A DNA stretch of 64,000 nucleotides, taken from Bacteroidales bacterium. Its GTDB lineage: Bacteria > Bacteroidota > Bacteroidia > Bacteroidales > VadinHA17. The notes under the pieces were generated by a model that did not search any database, was not told the origin of the DNA, and saw only the letters and a program-made list of their open reading frames with translations. The stretch lies in assembly GCA_030596125.1 (NCBI GenBank), contig JAUVKT010000003.1, positions 108-64,107 on the forward strand, written 5' to 3'. This document shows positions 47,121-56,126 of the stretch, piece by piece. Both the position numbers and the translations under genes were made by a program. The first letter of the stretch is position 1; every line of letters begins with the position of its first letter.

Positions 47121-48242
47121 ATGTTTCAAAAAATAGAATTTTTTGATGGGCAGAAGCCGGAAGGATGGCAACCATTTCTGAAGGAGTTGAGTAAAGACAA
47201 TGCTAAAGGCATTCTCCTTTTTGTTGGGGAAGAGACACCGTTTGATTACAAACAGCTGCAACCTCTGCTAAAAAAGATGGATATTAAAGTAATTGGAGCC
47301 GTTTTCCCTGAAGTGATCTATAACGGTTCGTTATATAAACAGGGAGTAGTGGGTTGCGCTTTCCGGTCCCCGGTATTTTTTGAAGTGATTAAAGATCTGA
47401 GCAAATTTAAAGCCAGTTTTTCAGAAGATTTTATTTCAGAAAATACCCGCACACTTATGATCTTTACTGATGCATATACAGATAATATTCCGCTGTTTAT
47501 CGAAACTTTATATGAAAAGAATTTAAAAGAAACAGCGTTTATCGGAGGTGTTGCAGGCAGTATAAAAAGTATTAATCAACTATCTTTGTTTACTTGCGAT
47601 GACTTATTCGCAGGAGGGGCTATCATCGCTGCTGTTGAGGACTATATGTCGGTGGGAATAAATCATGGTTTGCAACCTGTTTCTGAACCGGCTATTGCCA
47701 GTAGTGTGGATAGAAATATATTAAAATCAATTAATTGGGAACCGTCTTTTGATTATTATAAAAGGATCGTTGAGAAAGATGATGGTATCAGGTTAACAAC
47801 AGATAGTTTACTTGAAGTTGCTAAATCGTATCCTCTTGGAATGCTGAAATATGATGGTGAGATCATTTTGCGTGTTCCTGTAAGTGTTGGCGAAGAAAGA
47901 AGTCTTTTATTTGCCAGTGAAATACCTGAAAACTCTGTATTGGTGGTTACAAAAGCCTACCATGACAAATTAATAGTAGCCGCAGGTATAGCCACAGACC
48001 AGGCTAGAATTGCTTTTGAGAGCAAAAAGAATATATCCCCTGGCAAAGTTTTAATCGTAGACTGTCTTGCCAGAGCAATGTTTTTAGAAGACAGATTGAA
48101 TGATGAGTTAAAGATAATTGCAGACAAAGCAGGAGGTGACGTTTTAACATTTGGATTTTTAAGTTTAGGAGAAATTGCTTCTACCGGGGATAAATATATT
48201 GAACTGTACAATAAGACCATAGTTGTTGGTATGGGGGAATAA
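47121..48242 (+). CDS. FIST-domain sensory protein (FIST_N plus FIST_C)
   Basis: 374 aa. The C-terminus FGFLSLGEIASTGDKYIELYNKTIVVG is typical of FIST_C. Start trimmed to MFQKIEFF, 13 nt after the preceding stop. Confidence 0.65.
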   Translation: MFQKIEFFDGQKPEGWQPFLKELSKDNAKGILLFVGEETPFDYKQLQPLLKKMDIKVIGAVFPEVIYNGSLYKQGVVGCAFRSPVFFEVIKDLSKFKASFSEDFISENTRTLMIFTDAYTDNIPLFIETLYEKNLKETAFIGGVAGSIKSINQLSLFTCDDLFAGGAIIAAVEDYMSVGINHGLQPVSEPAIASSVDRNILKSINWEPSFDYYKRIVEKDDGIRLTTDSLLEVAKSYPLGMLKYDGEIILRVPVSVGEERSLLFASEIPENSVLVVTKAYHDKLIVAAGIATDQARIAFESKKNISPGKVLIVDCLARAMFLEDRLNDELKIIADKAGGDVLTFGFLSLGEIASTGDKYIELYNKTIVVGMGE

Positions 48243-48281
48243 ATTATAAACCGGACTGACCATTAAAAAAATATATTGAAC

Positions 48282-49493
48282 ATGAAACAAATGAGATCTT
48301 CTCTTCAGAACCTCAGTATTTCTTACGAGATTGCGCTTGCAATTGGTAACAGTTTGAACCTGTCAGAAATGCTTCATGATGTTATTCACAAGATGGTGCA
48401 TAAAACGAATGCCTATCATGGAATTATCTGGGTCAACAATGGAGAGAAACTCCAACCGGTAGCAAGTGCGGGAATTAATATAAAAGATGTGCAGGCACAA
48501 GGTGAAAGAATTGGTTGCCGGGATGTTTTCAATCAAATAATAAAAAGAGAGCAATTTGTACTTAGATGCAAAGATGACAAAGATTTTTTGCAGTACTGTA
48601 CTGTCCTGTCAGAAAAAGAAGAATCAGTATTGATTGTGCCTGTAGCCAATGTGGCGATTATTTATCTGGTCTATTCCCGCAGGGATATCGCAGATAAACC
48701 TTTAGCAAATATGATTACCGGTCTTTCTAAGAAGTTAGGCATTGCTATAGAAGCTTGTATGGATCATAAGAACATTATTAATGAAGTGCAGGTGAGAGTG
48801 AAAGCAGAAAAGGAACTAACGAAGAAAACAGAGCAACTGATTTCCGGAGAGAAGGAACTTCAAAGGCTTTATGGAGAATCTGAACAAGCCAGAAAATCAC
48901 TGCTTAGCATCCTGGAAGATGTTGAGCAAAAAGAGGAGGCTCTGCGGGAAAAAGAGATCTATACCAGGGCGATTATTGAACAGTCTCCAATCAGTATCCA
49001 GATTTTCAATAAGAATGGTTTAACTATAGATACAAACAGTGCCTGGGGAGAATTGTGGCAGCTTCCATCTGACGAATTGATCGGGAAATATAATGTTCTC
49101 GAGGATGAATATGCACGGGAGATTGGGGCGTTAGATAATATTGAGAAAGCCTTTAAAGGCGAGACTTCTTTTCCATTCGAGATAGAATACGATCCTGTAA
49201 AAAGTAGAAATCCTGGTCGAAAGCGATATATAAAATGTGTTGTTTTTCCTATAAAAAATAAAAATGGAGAAATGAACAGAGTCGTATTAATGCATGAAGA
49301 TATCACCGAACGTAAACAGGCTGCAGAAGAACTTGCAAAACACCGTGAGAACCTGGAAGAACTTGTGCAGGAACGAACAAAAGAACTGGAAGATAAAAAC
49401 AAGAAACTTGAAAAATTTAATAAGCTTTTCGTTGACAGGGAGTTCAGGATTAAGGAGCTTAGGGATAAGCTGAAGGAGGTGGAGGGAAAGTAA
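48282..49493 (+). CDS. GAF-like plus PAS sensor with conserved C-cap, no N-cap (array member E)
   Basis: N-terminal GAF-like region, coiled coil with SLLSILEDVEQKEEAL, one PAS domain, then a C-cap nearly identical to that of member B. Confidence 0.7.
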   Translation: MKQMRSSLQNLSISYEIALAIGNSLNLSEMLHDVIHKMVHKTNAYHGIIWVNNGEKLQPVASAGINIKDVQAQGERIGCRDVFNQIIKREQFVLRCKDDKDFLQYCTVLSEKEESVLIVPVANVAIIYLVYSRRDIADKPLANMITGLSKKLGIAIEACMDHKNIINEVQVRVKAEKELTKKTEQLISGEKELQRLYGESEQARKSLLSILEDVEQKEEALREKEIYTRAIIEQSPISIQIFNKNGLTIDTNSAWGELWQLPSDELIGKYNVLEDEYAREIGALDNIEKAFKGETSFPFEIEYDPVKSRNPGRKRYIKCVVFPIKNKNGEMNRVVLMHEDITERKQAAEELAKHRENLEELVQERTKELEDKNKKLEKFNKLFVDREFRIKELRDKLKEVEGK

Positions 49494-49537
49494 GAGGAAG
49501 TATGTAGTATGTAGTATGTAGTATGTAGTAGGAAGCC
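49494..49537. repeat. Heptamer tandem array (AGTATGT x4)
   Basis: Read directly: gaggaagtatgtagtatgtagtatgtagtatgtagtaggaagcc. Confidence 0.9.
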
Positions 49538-49570
49538 AAATGTCCGGGTAAATAGTTAGACTAAAAAAAG

Positions 49571-52078
49571 ATGGAAAACAGAGACAAGACCAAAACCAGG
49601 GAACAGCTCTTAAAAGAGTTAGAGAAAGCAAATAAAAGAGTTGCTGAACTGGAAAAATTTGAAAACGAGAGTAAGCAAGCGGAGGTGGCGTTGAAGGAGA
49701 GCGAGGAGAAATACAGAACTCTCGTCGAGTATTCCTCTGATTTAATCTTTCAAATTGATAATAATGGGATTGTTTTATCAGTAAACCAGGCCGCGGCTGG
49801 AGTCCTGGGTAGAAAACCTAAGGAGATATCGGGGAAAAATATTTCTGAATTATTTCCAGAGGAAATTAACAAGAGCTATAAGCGGGACTTGAAGAAAGTT
49901 TTTGAAACAGGTGAAGAATCAATCAAAGAAGGGACCATACCTGTCGGAGAACATACAATGTGGATCAGTACATCCCTTAATCCAAAAAGAGACAGTGCCG
50001 GTAAAATAATGTGGGTATTTGGCGTAAGCAGGGACATCACTGAACGCAAGCGGGCAGAGGAAGCTTTAGAAGAAAGTAATGAAAATTTTCGACAGGTTGT
50101 GTCTAGTATTACAACTATTATTTGGAAAGCCGAGGTTGGAAAGAACGGAGCTTTTGAAAACACTTATATTTCACCCGTTGTAGATGAATTGCTGGAATTA
50201 CCACCAGGAACAATAAAAAATGACTGGGAAATATTTTTCAGCTATATAAAACCCGAATATCTGGAACAGGTAAATAATGCTTTCAGAGAAGCAATTAAAT
50301 CGCCGGGTAAAGTAATTAATTGCGAATACGAAGTATTAAAAGAAAATGGACGAACAGCCTGGTTTCATTCAAAAGGCAGAATTTTTAGAAAAAATGAGAA
50401 ATTGTATGTTTTCGGCTCTACGAATGATATCACCGAGCGAAAAGTAGCAGAGGTGGCGCTTCAGGAAAGTGAGAAAAAATATAGAGACCTGTTTGAAAAA
50501 TCAGAAGATGCTTCTTTAGTAATTCATAATGGGAAATTTATTGATTGTAATCAGGCTACAATTAATATGCTGGGTTATAATAGTAAAGATGAGCTTTTAA
50601 TGATGCACCCTTCAGAATTGTCACCGGAAAAACAGGCGGACGGAAAATTATCATTTACGAAAGCAAATGAAATGATGAAAATAGCTTTTAGAAATGGCAG
50701 TCATCGCTTCGAATGGATTCATAAGAGATTTAATGGAGATGGTTTCCCTGTGGAGGTGTTGTTAACCGCTATTTCTACTGATGAAGAAAATCAGATTATT
50801 CACGCGGTTCTGCGGGATATCACTAAACGCAATCAGACTGAGGAATTGCTTCAGAAAAGCGAAGAAAAATATAGATTATTAGCAGATAATTCAATGGATG
50901 CGATCTGGCAGATGGATAAGAAATTAGTCTTTACATATATTAGTCCGTCCGTAAATAATATTTTGGGATACACAGTTGATGAGTGGGTTGGAACCAGATT
51001 ATCTCAACATACCAGTACAAAAGAATTTTTTAAAATGTCAAGAAAAGCATTATACGCAATTAAAAATTTTAAGAAATTTAAACACCTCACCTTTGAAGCT
51101 GTGATGTTAAAAAAAGATGGAAATGAAGTTCCTATTGAAATCACCGGAAGATTGTTATTGAATAAGAAAGGGTTGCCAATTGGATTACAGGGAACTACCC
51201 GTGATATTACTGAACGCAAGAAGGCTGATAAGGAACTTAAAAAGCACCGTCAACATCTGGAAGAAACTGTAAAACAGAGAACAGGAGAGATTGAAAACAA
51301 ATCAAAAAAACTGGAAGAATCACAAAACGCACTAACTTTTTTGCTTGAGGATGTGAATGATGCAAGATTTGAACTTGAGAAAACAAATCTTCAGTTGCAA
51401 ATAGCCAATAAGGAGATGGAGTCTTTTACATACTCCGTATCCCATGACCTGAGAGCTCCTCTCAGAGCCATCCTGGGTTTTTCAAATAAATTTACAGAGA
51501 TCTATGGAGGAAAAGTGGACGAAGAGGGAACACGCCTGTTAAATGTGATAAATGCGAACACAAAAAAAATGGGTATGCTTATTGATGATCTGCTTGCTTT
51601 TTCAAGGATGGGAAGATCTGATATGCGCAAGGTAAAAGTTGACATCAAAGGATTAGCACATGAAACCTGGAACGAGCAGAAAGATCAGTATGCAGGCAGA
51701 AATATTAAACTGACTATCAAGGATATGCCTGTTGCAAAAGGTGACCGGAATATGCTCAGGCAGGTCCTGTTCAACCTGCTGTATAATGCAGCAAAATTTT
51801 CAAAATACAAGGAAGTATCAATAATTGAAGTGGGAGCCAAAACTAGAGATTCGGAAACCATTTATTATGTAAAAGATAATGGAGCAGGCTTTGATATGAG
51901 ATATAAGGATAAGTTATTCCAGGTATTTCAGCGTTTGCATAGCGACCGTGAGTTTGAGGGAACCGGTGTTGGACTGGCCATTGTAAAGAAAGTTATTGAT
52001 ATGCACGGCGGAAAGGTCCGGGCAGAATCAGAACCTGACAAAGAGACAACTATTTACTTCTCGCTTCCTATAGCCTGA
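49571..52078 (+). CDS. Multi-PAS sensor histidine kinase with the same N-cap (array member F)
   Basis: N-cap MENRDKTKTREQLLKELEKANKRVAELEK, four to five PAS segments, signalling helix (HRQHLEETVKQRTGEIE...LTFLLEDVNDA), H-box SHDLRAPLRAILGF and HATPase (GTGVGLAIVKK). Confidence 0.85.
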   Translation: MENRDKTKTREQLLKELEKANKRVAELEKFENESKQAEVALKESEEKYRTLVEYSSDLIFQIDNNGIVLSVNQAAAGVLGRKPKEISGKNISELFPEEINKSYKRDLKKVFETGEESIKEGTIPVGEHTMWISTSLNPKRDSAGKIMWVFGVSRDITERKRAEEALEESNENFRQVVSSITTIIWKAEVGKNGAFENTYISPVVDELLELPPGTIKNDWEIFFSYIKPEYLEQVNNAFREAIKSPGKVINCEYEVLKENGRTAWFHSKGRIFRKNEKLYVFGSTNDITERKVAEVALQESEKKYRDLFEKSEDASLVIHNGKFIDCNQATINMLGYNSKDELLMMHPSELSPEKQADGKLSFTKANEMMKIAFRNGSHRFEWIHKRFNGDGFPVEVLLTAISTDEENQIIHAVLRDITKRNQTEELLQKSEEKYRLLADNSMDAIWQMDKKLVFTYISPSVNNILGYTVDEWVGTRLSQHTSTKEFFKMSRKALYAIKNFKKFKHLTFEAVMLKKDGNEVPIEITGRLLLNKKGLPIGLQGTTRDITERKKADKELKKHRQHLEETVKQRTGEIENKSKKLEESQNALTFLLEDVNDARFELEKTNLQLQIANKEMESFTYSVSHDLRAPLRAILGFSNKFTEIYGGKVDEEGTRLLNVINANTKKMGMLIDDLLAFSRMGRSDMRKVKVDIKGLAHETWNEQKDQYAGRNIKLTIKDMPVAKGDRNMLRQVLFNLLYNAAKFSKYKEVSIIEVGAKTRDSETIYYVKDNGAGFDMRYKDKLFQVFQRLHSDREFEGTGVGLAIVKKVIDMHGGKVRAESEPDKETTIYFSLPIA

Positions 52079-52250
52079 TTAATTCATAAGTTTTTCGTCA
52101 TGAGAAGTCAAAGTACACAGAATAAAGGGAAGCGCAGATTTGAGACTCACAGATATAGCCATAGCTATATTGAGAATCAAAAATCGAGCATTGCCTTTAG
52201 TCACAGTAATTTGACTTCACAATAGATCAATTTGTGAATTATTCAGGCTA
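52074..52250 (+). mobile_element. MITE-like palindromic element, copy 1 (~177 bp)
   Basis: Terminal inverted repeats CCTGATTAATTCATAAGTT / AATTTGTGAATTATTCAGG match at 16 of 19 positions. The whole element is an imperfect palindrome. A near-identical copy lies at 59471-59668. Confidence 0.6.
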
Positions 52251-52263
52251 AGAATCTCACAAA

Positions 52264-53565
52264 ATGAAAAGACTTCCAGCCATAATAATTATTATTTCTC
52301 TAACATTTTCAGCAATAGCACAGGAAGAAAATATTAAAACCGGATGGAACTTCGGTGCCCTGCCTGCAGTTTCTTATAATACTGACCTTGGATTTCAATA
52401 CGGAGCCTTTATGAATCTTTATCATTACGGCGATGGAGCAAATTATCCGGCCTATAACCACTCTTTATACTTTGAGGTTTCAATGTACACAAAGGGTAGC
52501 AGCATTTACAGGTTTATGTATGATTCTGATGTGCTTATACCGGGTATCAGTCTCACAACGGATCTCAGTTATCTTACCGACCAGGCATTTGACTTCTATG
52601 GATTTAATGGCTATAAGGCAGTTTATAATAAAACCTTCGAGGATGATAGTACAAGGATGTTTTACAAACATAACCGGAAACTTTTCAGATTTAAAAATGA
52701 TATAAAAGGGAAACTTGCAGGTGAGCATTTTTTTTGGAATGCAGGACTTACTGTAAAGAGTTTCAGTATAGGTTCTGTTGATATCGACAAACTCAATAAA
52801 GGTAAAGAAGATGACCTTTTGCCAGATGCCGACGGACTGTATGACAAATATACAAACTGGGACGTAATTGACCCGGAAGAGGCAGACGGAGGATTAATAA
52901 CAACGCTTAAAGCCGGATTATCATACGATAGCAGGGACGTAAAGGCCAATGCAATGAAAGGCATCTGGTTTGAAACAGGGATTGAAGCTTCCCCATCGTT
53001 CCTTAGTGAAGAGGGATTTGCCAGATTTTATGCTATCCACAGGCAATATTTCACAATAATACCTGAAGATCTGAATTTCGCCTACCGGATCGGGTACCAG
53101 ACAACAATTGGAGGTAATGTTCCATTTTATTACCAGAATCAGATTATTACCTCTGTCCTTAAAGGAACTGTTTCTGAAGGATTAGGCGGATCCAAAACTG
53201 TAAGGGGAGTTCTCAGAAACAGGATTATAGGAGATGGTTTGCTTTACGGTAATCTTGAGTTACGATGGAAAGCTATTCGTTTCAATTTCATCAACCAGAA
53301 TTTTTATATTGGAATAATTGGATTCGGGGATTTTGGTATGGTCACAAAAGAGTACGAATTTACTTTGCCTGATGACGAAACAATGGCAGGTGAACCGGCA
53401 GATAGTTATTTTAACCCGGATAAAGATTCGATGCACCTTAGTGCAGGTGCCGGATTAAGGGTTGTTATGAACGAAAATTTTATTATTGCAATTGATTACG
53501 GTAAAGCATTCAATGATCAGGATGGCGATTCAGGATTTTACATCGGCCTAAATTACCTGTTTTAG
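52264..53565 (+). CDS. Outer-membrane beta-barrel protein (Omp85/surface-antigen-like, no POTRA recognised)
   Basis: Signal peptide (SAIAQEE), alternating beta-strand pattern and a C-terminal ...GLNYLF. Confidence 0.55.
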   Translation: MKRLPAIIIIISLTFSAIAQEENIKTGWNFGALPAVSYNTDLGFQYGAFMNLYHYGDGANYPAYNHSLYFEVSMYTKGSSIYRFMYDSDVLIPGISLTTDLSYLTDQAFDFYGFNGYKAVYNKTFEDDSTRMFYKHNRKLFRFKNDIKGKLAGEHFFWNAGLTVKSFSIGSVDIDKLNKGKEDDLLPDADGLYDKYTNWDVIDPEEADGGLITTLKAGLSYDSRDVKANAMKGIWFETGIEASPSFLSEEGFARFYAIHRQYFTIIPEDLNFAYRIGYQTTIGGNVPFYYQNQIITSVLKGTVSEGLGGSKTVRGVLRNRIIGDGLLYGNLELRWKAIRFNFINQNFYIGIIGFGDFGMVTKEYEFTLPDDETMAGEPADSYFNPDKDSMHLSAGAGLRVVMNENFIIAIDYGKAFNDQDGDSGFYIGLNYLF

Positions 53566-54383
53566 TCAAAGCTCTTGCTATATTGTTCAATTGCCCTGTT
53601 ACTCATACCCATACTACTAAAACCACCATCATGGTAAAGGTTCTGCATGGTAACCTTCCGGGTAAGATCAGAGAAGAGGAGAACGATAAAGTCGGCTGCC
53701 TCTTCGGCCGTTGCATTTCCAAGTGGAGACATACGTTCAGAGAAATCAAGCAGCGTATCTATACCTTTTACCCCGCTACCGGCCGTGGTTGGTGTAGGTG
53801 ATTGTGATACAGTATTAACCCTTACTTTTTTGTCGCGTCCGTACACATATCCAAAGCTTCGCCCGATAGATTCGAGCAGGGCTTTTGCATCACCCATATC
53901 ATTATACCCCGAGAGGGTTTTCTGGGCAGCAACATATGATAGTGCAACTATTGAGCCCCATTCTTTTAAAGCATCCATATGATAGGATGTTTGCATTATC
54001 TTATGAAAACTCAGAGCAGAAATATCCAGGGTTTTGCTGAAATTTGGATAGTTAATATCAGTATATGGAATTCCCTTTCTTACATTAGGAGACATCCCTA
54101 TAGAGTGAAGAATAAAGTCAATCTTTCCACCAAAGATTTCCATAGTCTGTTCAAAAAGATTATTAAGGTCATCAGTACTGGTTGCATCGGCAGCAATTAC
54201 AGTACTACCCGTCTTATCAGCCAGTTGGTCAATAGTTCCCATCCTGATTGATACAGGAGTATTGGAAAGCACAAAACCGGCTCGCTGTTCATGAGCCCTT
54301 TCAGCAACTTTCCATGCAATCGACTTATCATTCAGAGCTCCGAATATTATCCCGTTTTTTCCTTTTAGTAAATCTTTTACCAT
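53562..54383 (-). CDS. fabI: Enoyl-[acyl-carrier-protein] reductase (NADH), SDR family
   Basis: 273 aa with GIIFGALNDKSIAW, HSIGMSP, the YVAAQK..AKAALES catalytic Tyr/Lys spacing and HDGGF. Confidence 0.7.
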   Translation of the reverse strand: MVKDLLKGKNGIIFGALNDKSIAWKVAERAHEQRAGFVLSNTPVSIRMGTIDQLADKTGSTVIAADATSTDDLNNLFEQTMEIFGGKIDFILHSIGMSPNVRKGIPYTDINYPNFSKTLDISALSFHKIMQTSYHMDALKEWGSIVALSYVAAQKTLSGYNDMGDAKALLESIGRSFGYVYGRDKKVRVNTVSQSPTPTTAGSGVKGIDTLLDFSERMSPLGNATAEEAADFIVLLFSDLTRKVTMQNLYHDGGFSSMGMSNRAIEQYSKSFD

Positions 54384-54449
54384 TTGATTAGTTTTTTGTC
54401 ATTCAACAAATTTTGCTGATATCCTTAAAGAATAATGAATGTTATGCTA

Positions 54450-56105
54450 TCAGGCTCCTTTAATAAGCTCTTTTGCATTTTCGATTGATGCCCTTGTTAT
54501 TTCATTTCCACTGAGCAGTCTGGCGATCTCATTCAACCGTTCCTCTTCATCTAACAACTTAATATGGGTAATGGTTGAATCCGAATCATCTTCTTTATAA
54601 ACATAGTAGTGCATCTGCCCAAGTGCTGCCACCTGTGGAAGATGAGTAATATTTATTACCTGCATCTTTTCTCCCATGGAAGCCAGTATTTGTCCGACTC
54701 TTGTTGCTACCTCTCCTGATACTCCTGCATCAATCTCGTCGAAAAAAATTGTTGGAAGACTCATATTGTCTGTTAAAAGAGATTTCAGGCTAAGCATGAC
54801 CCTTGAAAGCTCACCTCCTGATGCTACCTTCCCCAGGTTCTCAGGTTCAATCTGCTTGTTTGCTGAAAAAAGAAAATCAGCATGATCCTTTCCTGTTATC
54901 CTGAAATCATTCAGCAGGCTTATCCTGACCCTGAATTTTCCATTGGGCATTCCAAGCGCTAAAAGCAGGTCACACATCCTCTCTTCAACATCAGATGCTA
55001 CCTGCCCGCGGTTTTCAGACATCTCATTAGCCAGTTCTGTCAGTCTTGAACGATGTGTGTCAAGCAATCTTTCCAGTTCCCGGAGTTTGTCATCAGCCGA
55101 AATGATCGTGTCAATTTTGTGTCTGAATTCTTCCCTTAAAGATATCAGATCCCCGGTATCCTGCTGATGATGCTTCTGCATTAATGAGAAGAGAATATCC
55201 AGTCTCGTCGTAATTTTCTCAAGCCTTAAGGGGTCAGATTCTATATTGCCAGCCTTAACTTCAAGCTCGTTTCCAAGATCATTAAGTTCTATTATTACAC
55301 TCTTAAGACGCTCAACTATTTTATCACTTTCCGGCATGAACCGTGAAATACGCTCAATGTGCCGCCTTGCCTCATATAACCTGTTCAGAACAGAATGATC
55401 ACTCCCGCTGATAATTGTTCCGGCACCTTCGAGGGACTCATGTACTTCCCCTGCATTCTCAAGAAGTTCTCTCTCCTTTTCAAGTTCTTTCTCCTCTCCT
55501 TCAACAAGGCCGGCCTCATCAAGTTGCTCAAGCTGATGGGTAAAATATTCAAAATCAGCATTGTCCTGATCAGATATTTCCCTCAAATCATTAAATTCCT
55601 TTTCGATCTCCCTAAACTGCCTGTAAGTAACAGCGTATTGTTCAATCAACTCACTATGATCAGCAAATGAATCTACTACTCCAAGCTGAAACGAATTATC
55701 TCCAAGCATCAGGGCCTGGTGTTGCGAATGAATATCGATCAGAAGTGATCCCAATTCCTTCATAAGCTCCAGGGTAACCGGTGTATCATTAATAAAAGCT
55801 CTCGACCTGCCGTTAACGGTTATCTCCCTGCGCATTTTAGTAACCGGCTGAAAATCCAAATCATTCAATTCAAAGAATTGAGTCATTTTATCCCTGACAG
55901 CAAAAGATCCTTCAACAATACATTTTTCACTTTTATTAAAAAGAGCTGCAGAGTCAGCCCTGTTTCCAAGAATAAGACCTAAAGCTCCCAGAATAATAGA
56001 TTTGCCCGCTCCGGTTTCACCGGTAATGATTGTCAGGCCCCTGTCAAAATCAAGTTTAAGTTCTTTGATCAGGGCATAATTACGGACATATAATCTGTTC
56101 AGCAT
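54450..56105 (-). CDS. recN: DNA repair protein RecN
   Basis: 551 aa with Walker A (GETGAGKSI), a long coiled-coil centre, the signature ASGGELSRVMLSLK and Walker B (IFFDEIDAGVSG). Confidence 0.9.
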   Translation of the reverse strand: MLNRLYVRNYALIKELKLDFDRGLTIITGETGAGKSIILGALGLILGNRADSAALFNKSEKCIVEGSFAVRDKMTQFFELNDLDFQPVTKMRREITVNGRSRAFINDTPVTLELMKELGSLLIDIHSQHQALMLGDNSFQLGVVDSFADHSELIEQYAVTYRQFREIEKEFNDLREISDQDNADFEYFTHQLEQLDEAGLVEGEEKELEKERELLENAGEVHESLEGAGTIISGSDHSVLNRLYEARRHIERISRFMPESDKIVERLKSVIIELNDLGNELEVKAGNIESDPLRLEKITTRLDILFSLMQKHHQQDTGDLISLREEFRHKIDTIISADDKLRELERLLDTHRSRLTELANEMSENRGQVASDVEERMCDLLLALGMPNGKFRVRISLLNDFRITGKDHADFLFSANKQIEPENLGKVASGGELSRVMLSLKSLLTDNMSLPTIFFDEIDAGVSGEVATRVGQILASMGEKMQVINITHLPQVAALGQMHYYVYKEDDSDSTITHIKLLDEEERLNEIARLLSGNEITRASIENAKELIKGA

Positions 56106-56126
56106 CGGATAAATAGACGGTTAGGA

